Below, piece by piece: positions 31,372 through 43,398 of a DNA stretch of 60,668 bases; positions within the stretch are counted from its first letter, which is position 1; the number at the start of each line of letters is the position of its first letter. The translations under genes were made by a program, and so were the position numbers. Source of the DNA: Pseudomonadota bacterium (GTDB taxonomy: Bacteria; Campylobacterota; Campylobacteria; Campylobacterales; Sulfurimonadaceae); the NCBI GenBank assembly GCA_043797085.1, contig JAZDQA010000002.1, positions 1-60,668 on the forward strand, read 5' to 3'. The notes under the pieces are model-generated. The model searched no databases. It was given only the letters and a program-made list of their open reading frames with translations, and was not told the origin of the DNA.

Positions 31372-31956
31372 TTAATAACGATTGCCGCTGTGGGAATTAA
31401 TGAGGCTAAAAAATTCCATACGGGTTTTCTCATCCCGCTTGAATAATCCGCGAAGTGCACTTGAAGTAGTCGTCGAGCTAATCTTTTGAACCCCTCGCAT
31501 CTCCATACACATGTGCCGTGCTTGAATGACCACCGCAACTCCTTTTGGAGAAATGGATTGCATCAGTGCATCAGCGATTTGCTCAGTGAGCTGTTCTTGG
31601 ATTTGCATACGACGTGCGAATACATCAACAACACGAGGAATTTTCGAGAGCCCCACCACTTTTCCATCCGGGATATACGCCACATGAGCTCGTCCAATAA
31701 TGGGGAGTAAATGGTGCTCACATGTCGAGTAAAATTCGATATCTTTAATCAAAACCATCTCATCATTACTGCTCTCAAACATCGCTGAATTCAAAATGGC
31801 CTGAGGATCTTCTTTGTAACCGCCATAGATGAATTCGTACGCTTTTAAAACACGTTCAGGAGTCTTGAGTAAACCCTCACGCGTCACGTCTTCTCCGACA
31901 TGTGTCATCATTGTTTTTACTGCATTTAAAAATTGCTCGTTATTCTCTAATCCCAT
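31372..31956 (-). CDS. folE: GTP cyclohydrolase I
   Basis: [29 protein letters not shown]. Confidence 0.97.
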   Translation of the reverse strand: MGLENNEQFLNAVKTMMTHVGEDVTREGLLKTPERVLKAYEFIYGGYKEDPQAILNSAMFESSNDEMVLIKDIEFYSTCEHHLLPIIGRAHVAYIPDGKVVGLSKIPRVVDVFARRMQIQEQLTEQIADALMQSISPKGVAVVIQARHMCMEMRGVQKISSTTTSSALRGLFKRDEKTRMEFFSLINSHSGNRY

Positions 31957-32084
31957 AATTGCTCACTTAAAAAATATTCTTATTACTCTAACACGTTCTT
32001 GCTTTTATTCAGCCATTTATTAACCCTTTTAGGATATTATTGCCACCATTTACTCAAACTAGAGATAACCCAACAAGGATATTA

Positions 32085-33380
32085 ATGCAAATCACAACCA
32101 ACAAAATTGACTCCGCTAACGCAAAGATTAATGCGGCTATCACACGCAACACCATCGACAGCAACATCGAGAAAATTGCTAATCAACTTAGTAAAGACGT
32201 TAAAATCGCTGGTTTTCGCAAGGGTAAAGTTCCTGTAAGTGCCGTTAAAAAACAATACGGTGAACGTCTTGTTCAAGATGCAGAAGCACAAGCGCTTCGT
32301 GATTTGCTCAATGCAGGTCTTTTAGAAATGGGTATCGCTAACGACACACTTATCGGTGAACCAAATATTACTAAATTTGAAAAAAATGACAACGGTATCG
32401 ATGTAGAAGTAAGCATCGCAATGCGTCCAGCCATCGAACTTGGTGATTATGCAGCAATGGTTCCTGCGGTGGCTAAACCTGCGATTGAAGATGCTGCGAT
32501 TATGGCACGTATCGAAGAGCTAGCAGGCGCACAAGCACCTCTAATTAATATCGAAGAAGACCGTGCTCTCGAGAATGGCGATTCTGCACTTTTGGATTTC
32601 GAAGGTTTTGTTGATGGCGAACCGTTCGAGGGTGGAAAAGCAGAAAACTTCTCACTTCGTTTGGGAAGCGGTCAATTTATCCCTGGATTTGAAGAGCAAG
32701 TCATCGGAATGAAAAAAGGGGACGAGAAAACCATCGACGTAACGTTTCCTGAAAACTACGGCGGAGCAAAACTTGCTGGAAAACCTGCACAGTTCAAAGT
32801 AAAAATTCAAGCAATCCAAGCAAAAGAAGCAGTAGTCGTTGATGATGAATTAGCGAAAAAAATGCTTCCTGGATTTGACGATGTAAGCGTTGATATGCTC
32901 AAAGAAAAAGTAAAAGAGCAGCTTGAAACTGAAGCAATGAGCGCATTGTACAATGACGAACTCAAACCAAATTTGATGGAAACATTCGTAAGTGCATTTA
33001 CTATCGATCTTCCAGAATTCATCGTTGAACAAGAGATGGATATGGCGTTGAACAAAAAAGCGCGTGATATGTCCGAAGAAGAGATTCAAGAGCTTCGCGA
33101 TGATGCCGAAAAAGTAAAAGCTGTTCGTGAAACCTTCCGTGAAGATGCATGCCGTGCTGTAAAAGCAACCTTTATCGTAGACGCGCTTGCTCGCGCTGAA
33201 AACATTGTTGTCAATGAACAAGAATTGATGCAAACCATCTATTTTGAAGCAATGCAAATGGGTCAAGATCCGGCAGCCGTCTATAAAAACTACCAAGAAT
33301 CAGGCTACCTTCCAGCGATTCAAATGGCAATGATCGAAGATCGCGTTTTGAGCAAATTGCTTAACGATAAAATCAAGTAA
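32085..33380 (+). CDS. tig: Trigger factor
   Basis: [12 protein letters not shown] domain [13 protein letters not shown]. Confidence 0.97.
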   Translation: MQITTNKIDSANAKINAAITRNTIDSNIEKIANQLSKDVKIAGFRKGKVPVSAVKKQYGERLVQDAEAQALRDLLNAGLLEMGIANDTLIGEPNITKFEKNDNGIDVEVSIAMRPAIELGDYAAMVPAVAKPAIEDAAIMARIEELAGAQAPLINIEEDRALENGDSALLDFEGFVDGEPFEGGKAENFSLRLGSGQFIPGFEEQVIGMKKGDEKTIDVTFPENYGGAKLAGKPAQFKVKIQAIQAKEAVVVDDELAKKMLPGFDDVSVDMLKEKVKEQLETEAMSALYNDELKPNLMETFVSAFTIDLPEFIVEQEMDMALNKKARDMSEEEIQELRDDAEKVKAVRETFREDACRAVKATFIVDALARAENIVVNEQELMQTIYFEAMQMGQDPAAVYKNYQESGYLPAIQMAMIEDRVLSKLLNDKIK

Positions 33381-33385
33381 TCGAT

Positions 33386-33982
33386 ATGAGTTATATCCCT
33401 TACGTTATCGAAAAAACAGGACGCGGAGAGCGTTCTTACGATATCTATTCACGTCTTCTTAAAGATCGCATCATTATGCTCAGCGGTGAAGTAAACGATT
33501 CCGTTGCCTCTTCGATCGTGGCACAAATGCTCTTTTTAGAAGCAGAAGATCCTCAAAAAGACATCTTTTTTTACATCAACTCTCCGGGTGGTGTAATCAC
33601 TTCAGGAATGGCAATTTATGATACAATGAACTATATCCGTCCGGATATTTGTACCATCTGTATCGGTCAAGCTGCCTCGATGGGAGCATTTTTGCTCAGT
33701 TCCGGGACAAAAGGCAAGCGTTATGCATTGCCTCATGCTCGTATCATGATCCATCAACCGCTTGGTGGTGCACAAGGTCAAGCTACCGACATCGAGATTC
33801 AAGCGAAAGAAATTTTACGCATGAAAGCCGAGCTCAACGAGATTTTGGCAAAGAACTGCGGACAAAGCATCAAAAAACTTGAAAAAGATACCGATCGCGA
33901 CAACTTTATGTCAGCCGCAGAGGGTGTAGAGTATGGTATTATTGACGAAGTGCTTGTACAAAAAGAGAAAGAAGAGAAGTAA
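33386..33982 (+). CDS. clpP: ATP-dependent Clp protease proteolytic subunit
   Basis: YINSPGG, GQAASMG, IMIHQP. Confidence 0.98.
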   Translation: MSYIPYVIEKTGRGERSYDIYSRLLKDRIIMLSGEVNDSVASSIVAQMLFLEAEDPQKDIFFYINSPGGVITSGMAIYDTMNYIRPDICTICIGQAASMGAFLLSSGTKGKRYALPHARIMIHQPLGGAQGQATDIEIQAKEILRMKAELNEILAKNCGQSIKKLEKDTDRDNFMSAAEGVEYGIIDEVLVQKEKEEK

Positions 33983-33991
33983 GGAATAATT

Positions 33992-35029
33992 GTGGCAGAA
34001 GAGCAAAACAATCCGCATCACGCTGCGTCACGTCTCCAAGATACTAAACAAATTCACGTAGGGTCTCTCAGTGATCCTACCAGTGATTTAGAAATTTTTG
34101 CCAAAGAAGTTCTTAATTCTCTCATTACCGATAATCTTCCCCCTACCCCCAATAACTTCGCTCTCTATTTTGATCGAATACTTGAAGACAAAAGCGACAG
34201 CTTACGTCGTCAAATCGGCTCTGTTTTAGAGCTCGAAGAGAGCAACGAAGACGAACAAAATCTTGAACTTGAAAAGACCCTCAAACAGGGATTTTCCTCC
34301 ATTAAAAGTATTTTACAGCTTAGCAGCACTCTCTACAAAAATATGACCTTAATGGAAAAGATTCTCGACAAACGAAAAGAAGAGATTAAAAGTACTCCAT
34401 CTTTGGCAGTAGCAAATGATTTGCTTACGTCACTTAGCGGTGATATTGGGAAATTGGGCAGTATCTTAAAAAAACAAGTTTCCCACATGAAAGATCTCTA
34501 CAGCGAAACGGCTACTATCGTTCGCCAAGTTGAAAATGAGACGATTTTTGATGATCAATTTGGTGTTTACAATAAGCGATACCTCATCTCAAAACTCACA
34601 CAAGAGAACCATATGATTGTAGAGTTTCGTCATAAAAGCTCTCTTATTTTAGTCAGTCTATCGACCAAAACCATTTCTAAGATCAACAGCGATAAAGCCA
34701 AGCATCTCATGGTACGTACCGTTGCACGACTTCTCCTTAAAACTTCCAGACGAAGCGATACGGTTGCGCATTACGGTGATGGTGTTTTTGCTATGATGCT
34801 CAAGCATACCGATATAGAAAGCGCAAAGCGTGCTGCAGAACGACTCTATGAGCTTGTTTCTTCCACCAACTTTTTTCTCGGGGAGCAAGAAATCGCTCTA
34901 CGCATCGCAATAGGAGTAGCGGAGATCAATCCGGACCATTCAGTAGAACAACTGCTCTCGTGTACGCTGGATGCGATGGAAGCTGCCAACAATGAATCAA
35001 AGAACAATTACGTTATCTGTAACGCCTAG
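33992..35029 (+). CDS. Degenerate GGDEF-domain protein
   Basis: PPTPNNFALYF N-terminus, coiled coil, DDQFGVYNKRY, RRSDTVAHYGDGVF (GGDEF replaced). Confidence 0.8.
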   Translation: MAEEQNNPHHAASRLQDTKQIHVGSLSDPTSDLEIFAKEVLNSLITDNLPPTPNNFALYFDRILEDKSDSLRRQIGSVLELEESNEDEQNLELEKTLKQGFSSIKSILQLSSTLYKNMTLMEKILDKRKEEIKSTPSLAVANDLLTSLSGDIGKLGSILKKQVSHMKDLYSETATIVRQVENETIFDDQFGVYNKRYLISKLTQENHMIVEFRHKSSLILVSLSTKTISKINSDKAKHLMVRTVARLLLKTSRRSDTVAHYGDGVFAMMLKHTDIESAKRAAERLYELVSSTNFFLGEQEIALRIAIGVAEINPDHSVEQLLSCTLDAMEAANNESKNNYVICNA

Positions 35030-35040
35030 GCATTTTTTCC

Positions 35041-35562
35041 ATGAAACTACAAATTATTACTTACCCCGATAAGCTTTTAAAAGCTCCCTCTAAAAAAGTT
35101 GTCACATTTGATGATCAACTCCACACACTTCTTGACAATATGTTTGAGACCATGATAGAAAGTAACGGTATTGGACTCGCTGCCATTCAAGTATCTCAGC
35201 CTATTCGTGCTCTCATTTTGTGTATTCCTGATGACGAAGGCAATCAGATCAAAGAAAACACGCTTGAGATCATTAATCCCATGATCCATAACCCGCAAGG
35301 AGCAACCATCTATCAAGAAGGATGCTTAAGTGTTCCCGGATTCTATGAGGATATTGAGCGCTTTGAATCCCTAACCCTTCATTATCACGACCGGCATGGA
35401 AATGAATCAACGTTGGAAGCCAATGAGCTGTTAGCGATTGCTATTCAGCATGAAATGGATCATCTGGAAGGGAAACTCTTCATTGAGCGTCTTTCCTATA
35501 ATCGCCGTAAAAAGTTTGAAAAAGAGTACAAGCGCGCACTCAAAGAGAAGAAACAATCCTAA
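35041..35562 (+). CDS. def: Peptide deformylase
   Basis: GIGLAAIQ, EGCLS, QHEMDH. Confidence 0.98.
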   Translation: MKLQIITYPDKLLKAPSKKVVTFDDQLHTLLDNMFETMIESNGIGLAAIQVSQPIRALILCIPDDEGNQIKENTLEIINPMIHNPQGATIYQEGCLSVPGFYEDIERFESLTLHYHDRHGNESTLEANELLAIAIQHEMDHLEGKLFIERLSYNRRKKFEKEYKRALKEKKQS

Positions 35563-35640
35563 ATATTGCATTGTGCAATATTTTTTACCAAAAAAAATCA
35601 TTTCTGTTATACTTTCTTCACTTAAAAGTGAGGAAGCATT

Positions 35641-37146
35641 ATGAAGCGATTACTCTGTGCAACATTCGAGGGAATTGATGCTAAAACCGTTGAAGTACAA
35701 TTTACCGCGACTAAAGGGCTTCCCGCTTTTACCATAGTAGGAATGGCGAACACTGCTATCGCTGAATCCAAGGAGCGAGTCAAGTCAGCTTTGCTCAGCA
35801 ACGCGTTTAGCTTTCCTCCTAAACGTCTCACCATCAACTTAGCCCCCAGTGATATTCGCAAAGAAGGTTCACACTTTGATCTGGCCATTGCAACTCTTAT
35901 TGCCTTAGGTGAACAAAAATGTTCGCTTGAAGAGTGGTATGTTTTTGGTGAGTTGGGTCTTGATGGGAGTGTGAGTGAAAATACCCTCCTCTATCCCATC
36001 ATCCTCTCCCTTGCCAACCAAGGAATCATTACCAAAGCCATCGTCCCAGCAAATGCTCTGGATAAGCTCTCTCGCATCCCTAATATTGCTTTTTATGGGG
36101 CAAGTACACTTACCCAAACTCTTGAAATACTCTCCAGTGAGAATCAAAGCGCCCATGTCAGTACGTCAACGTTCTCCTTTCCTACACTCTCTCACAAAGA
36201 AAATGACTATTTCTATCATGAACACTACCCTCTTGACTTTAAAGAGATAAAAGGTCAAGAGCACGCCAAACGTGCAGCTCTTATCTGTGCTGCAGGAATG
36301 CATAATCTACTCCTAGAGGGTTCTCCAGGAAGCGGAAAGTCCATGATTGCCAAACGGCTTCAACATATTCTTCCACCTTTGCACAATGATGAGATGCTCG
36401 AGTGTGCAAAACTAGAGATTTTAGATGGGAAAGAGCCCTCCTTTACTCCCGAACGACCTTTTCGGGCACCGCACCATACATCAACCCCATCGAGCATCTT
36501 TGGCGGAGGAACACATAAAGCACAAATCGGAGAAGTTGGATTGGCGCATGGGGGAATACTTTTTTTCGATGAACTTCCCCATTTTTCCAAAAATGTCCTT
36601 GAAGCGCTTAGAGAACCTCTCGAAGATCGCCACATTCGCATATCACGCGTGAACAGTAAAGTCACCTATGCAGCCGACTTCCTCTTTGTTGCAGCAATGA
36701 ATCCATGTCCTTGCGGGAATTTACTGAGCAAAGCAACACCATGCCGATGCTCAGACTTGGAAATCAGCCGTTACCGCTCACGCCTCTCGGATCCTTTTTT
36801 GGATCGAATCGATCTCTTTATACAAATGCACCAAAGCAATGCCGAAGACAAATCCTCTTACACCTCCCAACAGTTTCATGAAAAAGTACGCGCTGCATTT
36901 TTACACCAAAAAAATCGTGGACAAGAACGGCTCAACGGCTCACTCACTGACCGTGAAATAGTCCGATTTTGCATTTTAGGTGATGATGCACAAGTGATCA
37001 TAGATCAAGCCATCGGTCGGTTTGGACTCTCGTTTCGTGCAGTAGGAAGAATTTTAAAAGTAGCACGAACGATTGCCGATTTGGAAGGAGCTGAGGATAT
37101 CGCTAAAGAGCACCTCATGGAGGCACTCAGTTATCGGAAACGATAA
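35641..37146 (+). CDS. YifB/ComM family Mg-chelatase-like AAA+ ATPase
   Basis: INLAPSDIRKEG, GSPGSGKS, PFRAPHH, MNPCPCG. Confidence 0.93.
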   Translation: MKRLLCATFEGIDAKTVEVQFTATKGLPAFTIVGMANTAIAESKERVKSALLSNAFSFPPKRLTINLAPSDIRKEGSHFDLAIATLIALGEQKCSLEEWYVFGELGLDGSVSENTLLYPIILSLANQGIITKAIVPANALDKLSRIPNIAFYGASTLTQTLEILSSENQSAHVSTSTFSFPTLSHKENDYFYHEHYPLDFKEIKGQEHAKRAALICAAGMHNLLLEGSPGSGKSMIAKRLQHILPPLHNDEMLECAKLEILDGKEPSFTPERPFRAPHHTSTPSSIFGGGTHKAQIGEVGLAHGGILFFDELPHFSKNVLEALREPLEDRHIRISRVNSKVTYAADFLFVAAMNPCPCGNLLSKATPCRCSDLEISRYRSRLSDPFLDRIDLFIQMHQSNAEDKSSYTSQQFHEKVRAAFLHQKNRGQERLNGSLTDREIVRFCILGDDAQVIIDQAIGRFGLSFRAVGRILKVARTIADLEGAEDIAKEHLMEALSYRKR

Positions 37147-37147
37147 G

Positions 37148-38248
37148 TTAAAACGTCGCCACAACCCACTGAGTAATAACAAATCCGCCAACTACAAGCC
37201 AAATAAACATTGACCCTGCCGTGTAGATCGGTGCAAGCCCAAGCCCTTTAAACTTTGCAAAACGTGTCCCCATACCTAAAGCAGTCATTGCCATAGTAAG
37301 CATGAAGGTATCCATGAGATTAATGTTGCCGATCACTCCATTAATAACCGTTGCCATATCTTCCGAGGCTGTTAAGGTGTAGTTGTGAATAAGTGAGTTA
37401 ACCCCAGCCATACCAATGAAATAAACCGCGAACCATGGGATAACGAGTTGCATTTTTGATGCTTCACCTCCCGATTTTTTTGCCAAATAACTCAAGATCA
37501 AACCCATAATAATAAGCATCGGAGCGATCATAATAACGCGCGTCATTTTAACGATAACTGCCGTGTTTGCCATACTCTCACCAGCCCCCGGAACGGAAGC
37601 CGGAACTGCAACCACTTGGGCTACTTCATGTATCGTTCCGCCAACATACATCCCAAACGTTGATGGACTCATGTGTAAAAATCCGGTTGCAGGTTCAATG
37701 ATAGTCGCATAAAGAACGGGATACAAAAACATAGAAATTGTCCCAAAGAGAACCACCATCGAAACCGCTACAGCCGTCTTATACTCTTCTGCTTTGAGGA
37801 CAGGTTCCGTTGCCAAAACCGCTGCAGCACCACATACCGATGCACCCGCAGCGGTCAAAATCGACGTATCACGATCCATTTTAAAAATCTTTGTCCCCAA
37901 CCAGATTCCAATAATCAGCGTTGAAGAAAGAACCAGCAATGAAACCATAAATCCTTGCATTCCCACTTCTGCAATTTGTTGAAAGGTGATCCGAAAACCG
38001 TAAAAAACGATAGCAAAGCGCAAAATCTTTTTACCCGAAAAGGTGATTCCGCTCTCCCATGCCGAAGGAAATTTATTATGAAGAGTATTGGCATAAAATA
38101 TACCCAACACAATCCCCACAACCAGTGGTGAAATACCTAGATTTTTGATAAAACTAATGTCAGCAATCATCGTTGCTGCTGAGGCAAAAATGGCGACGAA
38201 TAAAATGCCGTTAAGTGTTCCGGCACGCTTTTGAGGTGAAAATGGCAC
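37148..38248 (-). CDS. YeiH-family membrane protein (putative sulfate exporter family)
   Basis: AGASVCGAAAVLA, GGTIHEVAQVVA, VKMTRV; multi-TM. Confidence 0.9.
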   Translation of the reverse strand: MPFSPQKRAGTLNGILFVAIFASAATMIADISFIKNLGISPLVVGIVLGIFYANTLHNKFPSAWESGITFSGKKILRFAIVFYGFRITFQQIAEVGMQGFMVSLLVLSSTLIIGIWLGTKIFKMDRDTSILTAAGASVCGAAAVLATEPVLKAEEYKTAVAVSMVVLFGTISMFLYPVLYATIIEPATGFLHMSPSTFGMYVGGTIHEVAQVVAVPASVPGAGESMANTAVIVKMTRVIMIAPMLIIMGLILSYLAKKSGGEASKMQLVIPWFAVYFIGMAGVNSLIHNYTLTASEDMATVINGVIGNINLMDTFMLTMAMTALGMGTRFAKFKGLGLAPIYTAGSMFIWLVVGGFVITQWVVATF

Positions 38249-38309
38249 AATGTTCTCCTAGTATAAAGACGATATTATAGGGAAAGTGGGTTAAACACGG
38301 CAAAAGAAA

Positions 38310-41300
38310 TCAGTGTACACTTAACTCCAGCCGTGAAGAAATCCCTTCTTTCTCATCAAACGCCCCTGCCTCATGCATTCCAAGCGATACACGACTTTGC
38401 AAAGCAGGTGTTTTATGCAAATACTCTACAACAGCTTTCGAACGCTTAGAGGCCAAAAGTTCCAAATCAGGTTTTGCTAACACCTGAATCGCAATAAGCT
38501 TTTCAATCAATGCAGCCGTATAGTGTTGAGTAAACTCAGCATCTTGCGTATATTTTTCTTTCATCGAACTACGAAGTTCTTTCAATTCTTTAGAATCCAT
38601 TGATTTTTGAGCTGATGCTTCGAGGTATTCTAAACTCAGGGCATCTGCTGAATTTATCTTCTCTTTGGCATTTTCTCCTATCACGGTACGAATCAGCTTT
38701 TGCATCTTTAACGCCCGCTCATCTTGCTCCTTATCCCATCCGCCATGGACTTTTAACGTAAGTTTCGGTCGTTTCGTCAAAAGAGTGGTAAGTTTATCAA
38801 GCTTTTCAATCTGAGGAGGGAGAAGAATATCCTCTCCTGCTTCAAACGAGATTTTCGAGAGGGAATCATCCTCACTGTCCAAGCCCATCATAGCTCCTAA
38901 CAGTCGAAAAGGTGATGTAATCGCTTTAGTCAAAAGGTTGCCGATTACCTGCCATACTACTTTTCCATATTTAAAATCCGGATTGTTCACATCCCCCTCG
39001 ATTGGGAGATCAATGTCTATCGTTCCATCGCTGTCTTCGAGCAATGCCACAACAAGACCCATGGGCCACGGCGAGCCTCCAACTTTTTCTTCACCGAGTT
39101 CTATTTTTTTAATCACAATTTGATTTTGAGCGTTGAGTTTTCCCTGATTGATTTTGTAACCAAGATTTAAAAAGAGTTTTCCATCCGCGATTTTATAGCC
39201 TAAAAATTGGAGGGAATAGGGTGTGTATTGCTTGAGCTCCAAATTTTCAAACGTAACTTTCATGTCCGTAAATGTTTTAGGATCATTGGTATTGAGCTGA
39301 CCGTTAATTTTAGTCAATCCGTACTGATCGACGCCCCCCCGTAATTTTACAAAGGTTGTCACATCTTTCGTCGTCGAAATACCCAACACTTCTCCGCCCA
39401 AATCATGGGTGTACGTTTTAAACGGCAACGGAAGAGAAAGGTCACTAAACGTCGCACTACTATTGAGTAATGAAAGCTTAATCACATCGATTCCAAATGG
39501 ATTTTTAGAAGGCTGACCCTCATTTTCATCATTTTTCTTCGCCTTGCTAAGAGTTGCAAAGTTGAGTGTTTTATTCTGATCGATCAAAATATTTGTATAC
39601 AAACCATCCACCGAAATATGGTTGATTTTGAGACGATTATCAGGGTAAGCATAGACAAACGGAGTCACGCCAATACGATTCCAGCCCAACAAAACAGAGG
39701 CATCACGACGATCCTCAACCACCCAATCCTCTAGTGCCAGCTTCCCATCAATCAACACTTTTTGAGGTGTATACGAATACGTTCCCCGAAGCCCAAGATC
39801 CCCTCGACGCAACTGCGCATAGGTACTAGGCTCGATGTACGGATCAATAAGAGGCAGTGAAAAATGGCTGAGCTTAAAACTTCCCTTGCTTTGCAGTGTT
39901 TCCAATCGCAGCTGTGAATTCGTTTTCAACGTTGTTTTTTTGTTAATCCGGCTTGAACTCTCAATGCTCATAGTCTCACGAGGATTGCTCGAAATATTTT
40001 TCACCCCGACATGCACTTCATCCAGATTGATTTTAACCAAACGAGAGGGAACGTCATCCACAAATCTTACAGATCCATGGTTCAAGACAGCATCATTCAC
40101 CCGATAGCTCCACGGTGTAGCTGATTCTTGCGATTTTTTCTCTTTGACGTTTGAGACATAGAGGAGTTGCCTCAAATCTATCGAGCTGTCTTTCAGCCGT
40201 TTCAACGATACGCTCAAGCCATTAATTTCTACTTTTTCGACAAGCGCATTTTTGATCTCGCGCTCTAAAGCTATCCCCTCAATCGCTGCACTCTCAAATC
40301 CTCCTATTTGCACGACATCAGCGTTGCGATTTACTCCCATTTTTCCTGTTTTCAGCTGAGCATTGATTATTTTCTTAGGATCACTGCTCACTCTTTGGGC
40401 ATTTAGAGAGATTCCTTCCAGCGTTGCCGTATAAGGAACTTTTGGTCCATTATCCGTCCATTTTACTGCCATATTTTCCAGTGCAACATCTCCTATCAAA
40501 AAACTCCATGGGACTTTAGTCTCGTTCTCATCTTCGGGAAACGCCTTGTTGATCTGATCTATGTAGTCCAGCCAATCAATCACTCCCGCACGTGATCTCG
40601 AAGCGCTTAGCGCCAAACCGTCAAGCTTCAAAGATGACGCATCCAACACTTTACGCATCGGCCAAATCGTTGCATCCGAAAGCTTCACACTTCCTACATC
40701 CAATAATTTTTGCTGCTCCCCCTTGGGAATAATTCGAAGCGACTTCAATCCCATTTGAACGTTGGAAAGCTTGGTTGCGTTTATATCCTGTGTATTTAAC
40801 TCATAGTTTAATGCAAGTGATGCCGTCCCATCCGCGACTTCGATAGGAAGCTTTTCTTTAAAATAGCGCCAAGGAGTATAAAGCTTGCCGGAGTTGAACG
40901 CCACGCTTCCCTCAAGTTTAAACGGGTTCATCGCCCCTATTTTTCCCCGCACATCTACAAATCCGCCATCGTTAATCGTTGCATAAAGACGCATAAGCCC
41001 TTTAGAATTCGATGTCTCTTGTAAATTGATATTTTCCACGTGAAACCCGATATCATCAACACTTTGATGATAATCTCTTCCCTCGCTTGCATCACGGTAA
41101 TCAAGATTTCCATGTTTGAGCGTAAACGCATTGAGCCAAAGAGCCAAAGGTTCTGAGTCCTTGCTGGTTTCATTTTTATCTCCGCCCAACAACCACGCAA
41201 AATTCATCTCACCCTTAGCATCTTTGGAGAGAGAAATCTGCGGGGCATCGATGCTTATGCTCTCAACAACCAATCCCTCCTTCCAAAGGTAATCGAGAGG

Positions 41301-41558
41301 ATTGACATTAATAGAAAATCGCTTAACGGCTACAAAATCACTATTCTTTGGGGTTTTAAACGAAAAATTTTGAAGAGACAATCTAAAAGTAAAGGGATTA
41401 AAAGAAGCTGACCCAACCGCTAATTTTCCACCATCGGTTGCTTGCATCACTTTATCGGGAAGAATGTTTTTGATGGCATAAGGGACGCCGAAAAAACCAA
41501 TTAGAGCATAAAAACTCGTGATAGCTAGTGCCGTATAGATTATAATTTGTTTTTTCAT
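38310..41558 (-). CDS. DUF748-domain (AsmA-like) envelope protein
   Basis: N-terminal anchor, FNPFTF, repeated beta-rich modules, LEDSDGTIDIDLPIEGDVNNPDF...ITSPF. Confidence 0.85.
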   Translation of the reverse strand: MKKQIIIYTALAITSFYALIGFFGVPYAIKNILPDKVMQATDGGKLAVGSASFNPFTFRLSLQNFSFKTPKNSDFVAVKRFSINVNPLDYLWKEGLVVESISIDAPQISLSKDAKGEMNFAWLLGGDKNETSKDSEPLALWLNAFTLKHGNLDYRDASEGRDYHQSVDDIGFHVENINLQETSNSKGLMRLYATINDGGFVDVRGKIGAMNPFKLEGSVAFNSGKLYTPWRYFKEKLPIEVADGTASLALNYELNTQDINATKLSNVQMGLKSLRIIPKGEQQKLLDVGSVKLSDATIWPMRKVLDASSLKLDGLALSASRSRAGVIDWLDYIDQINKAFPEDENETKVPWSFLIGDVALENMAVKWTDNGPKVPYTATLEGISLNAQRVSSDPKKIINAQLKTGKMGVNRNADVVQIGGFESAAIEGIALEREIKNALVEKVEINGLSVSLKRLKDSSIDLRQLLYVSNVKEKKSQESATPWSYRVNDAVLNHGSVRFVDDVPSRLVKINLDEVHVGVKNISSNPRETMSIESSSRINKKTTLKTNSQLRLETLQSKGSFKLSHFSLPLIDPYIEPSTYAQLRRGDLGLRGTYSYTPQKVLIDGKLALEDWVVEDRRDASVLLGWNRIGVTPFVYAYPDNRLKINHISVDGLYTNILIDQNKTLNFATLSKAKKNDENEGQPSKNPFGIDVIKLSLLNSSATFSDLSLPLPFKTYTHDLGGEVLGISTTKDVTTFVKLRGGVDQYGLTKINGQLNTNDPKTFTDMKVTFENLELKQYTPYSLQFLGYKIADGKLFLNLGYKINQGKLNAQNQIVIKKIELGEEKVGGSPWPMGLVVALLEDSDGTIDIDLPIEGDVNNPDFKYGKVVWQVIGNLLTKAITSPFRLLGAMMGLDSEDDSLSKISFEAGEDILLPPQIEKLDKLTTLLTKRPKLTLKVHGGWDKEQDERALKMQKLIRTVIGENAKEKINSADALSLEYLEASAQKSMDSKELKELRSSMKEKYTQDAEFTQHYTAALIEKLIAIQVLAKPDLELLASKRSKAVVEYLHKTPALQSRVSLGMHEAGAFDEKEGISSRLELSVH
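41032..41047. promoter_or_regulatory. Imperfect parS-like site
   Basis: TTTTCCACGTGAAACC, 2 mismatches to TGTTNCACGTGAAACA; inside a coding region. Confidence 0.4.
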
Positions 41559-41660
41559 ACATACCCTTTTGAAAATAGTCTTAAATTTTATCACACTTAA
41601 ATCTTTTTTGAGGCACATAAGGGCATAATAAGCAATTAATATCTCGCCACTGGATTGCCA

Positions 41661-42680
41661 ATGAAACGCAAAAAAATCTACAACCCATCTTCAAACGAAC
41701 ACGTGAATGATCGGCGGATTTTTGGCGGCAATCCAACGGGAATCTTTGAGCTCAACAACATCAAATATCAATGGGCATATAACCTTTGGGAGATGATGCT
41801 CAACAACACATGGTTCCCAAAAGAAGTAGATATGACTCGGGATGCGGTAGACTACAAATACCTCACAGAGATGGAAAAAACAGCGTACGACAAGGCGCTT
41901 TCTCAGCTTATTTTCATGGACAGCTTACAGACCAATAATCTAATGGACAATGTCAATCCGTATGTCACAGCACCCGAAATCAATCTCATTTTAGTCCGCC
42001 AAAGTTTTGAAGAAGCATTGCATTCTCAAAGCTATGCGGTTATGGTCGATTCCATCAGTCAAAACTCTGAAGAGATTTACGATTTGTGGCGCAGAGACAT
42101 GATGCTTAAAACCAAAAATGATTCGATTGCAGCTCGCTATGAAGAGCTTGCCGATGATCCTAGTGAAGGGGCATTTGTCAAAGCGTGTTTTGCAAATCAG
42201 ATTTTAGAGGGGATCTATTTCTACAGTGGGTTTACCTACATCTATACGTTGGCTCGTTCAGGGAAGATGCTAGGTTCTGCACAGATGATCCGTTTTATCC
42301 AACGCGATGAAGTAACCCACCTCGTCTTGTTCCAAAACATCATCAACACCCTGCGTCGTGAACGCCCCGATTTATTTACCGAAGCACTTATCGAAGAAGT
42401 ATACGATATGTTCCGCAAAGCGGTAGAACTAGAAACTGCATGGGGACAATACATCACCCAAGGACAGATTTTGGGTCTTACCAATGAAATTGTTGCCCAA
42501 TACATCCAGTTTCTTGCCGATGAACGATTGCACGCTGTTGGACTCAAAAAACTTTATAATGTAGCCAATCCGATCAAATGGGTTGATGATTTTTCGAAGT
42601 TTAATGACCAGAAGACCAACTTTTTCGAGGGAACCGTAACGAACTACTCCAAAGGAAGCCTTAGCTTTGATGATTTCTAA
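41661..42680 (+). CDS. nrdB: Ribonucleoside-diphosphate reductase beta subunit (class I)
   Basis: [30 protein letters not shown]. Confidence 0.96.
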   Translation: MKRKKIYNPSSNEHVNDRRIFGGNPTGIFELNNIKYQWAYNLWEMMLNNTWFPKEVDMTRDAVDYKYLTEMEKTAYDKALSQLIFMDSLQTNNLMDNVNPYVTAPEINLILVRQSFEEALHSQSYAVMVDSISQNSEEIYDLWRRDMMLKTKNDSIAARYEELADDPSEGAFVKACFANQILEGIYFYSGFTYIYTLARSGKMLGSAQMIRFIQRDEVTHLVLFQNIINTLRRERPDLFTEALIEEVYDMFRKAVELETAWGQYITQGQILGLTNEIVAQYIQFLADERLHAVGLKKLYNVANPIKWVDDFSKFNDQKTNFFEGTVTNYSKGSLSFDDF

Positions 42681-43398
42681 GCCCATCGTTTCGCTTTGTC
42701 TCTCAACCGAAGAGAATTTTGAAAATAATCTAACAAAGCTTATCCTTGTCATCGTTCAATCGAGCGAGGATGCCATCATCGTAGCTCCTGAAGTAGCATT
42801 AAGCGGATTTGCCTATGACCGATTCGAAGAAGCCGCAGCTTTTACCCCCTATGCACTGGATAAACTCATGGGATTTATCGGCGATCGGCTCCTTATTTTT
42901 ACCGCCATTACCAAATTGGGGGAAGAATTTTACAATATCGCCTATGCTCTTCATGCAGAGAAAATTATCCACGCCCAGTCCAAAGCCAAGCTTTTTCCTC
43001 TAAGCGGTGAAGTTGAGCACTTCAAGACAGGTGATGAGACCAAAATTCTTCCGTTTGAGTTTAAAGGGATGAAAATTGGGATTTTAATCTGCTTTGAGCT
43101 TCGGTTCAAAGCCCTTTGGCAACAGCTTGAAGGGTGTGATCTCATTGCTATCCCCGCCCAATGGGGAAAAATTCGTACCGAGCATTTTATCACCCTCACT
43201 AACGCCCTTGCCGTAATGAACCAATGCTATGTCGTAGCTTCAGATGCTGACAACGATGACACCAGCGGTATGAGCGGTATTATCAACCCTTTTGGACATG
43301 AAATGCGAAACAATGCAGCTCCATCGCTCTCCTCAACTTACGAACAACGTACTGTGACCTCTATGCGTCGCTATTTGGATATAGGAATTACCGCATGA
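42670..43398 (+). CDS. Carbon-nitrogen hydrolase family protein
   Basis: [20 protein letters not shown] (E-K-C triad). Confidence 0.9.
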   Translation: MISKPIVSLCLSTEENFENNLTKLILVIVQSSEDAIIVAPEVALSGFAYDRFEEAAAFTPYALDKLMGFIGDRLLIFTAITKLGEEFYNIAYALHAEKIIHAQSKAKLFPLSGEVEHFKTGDETKILPFEFKGMKIGILICFELRFKALWQQLEGCDLIAIPAQWGKIRTEHFITLTNALAVMNQCYVVASDADNDDTSGMSGIINPFGHEMRNNAAPSLSSTYEQRTVTSMRRYLDIGITA

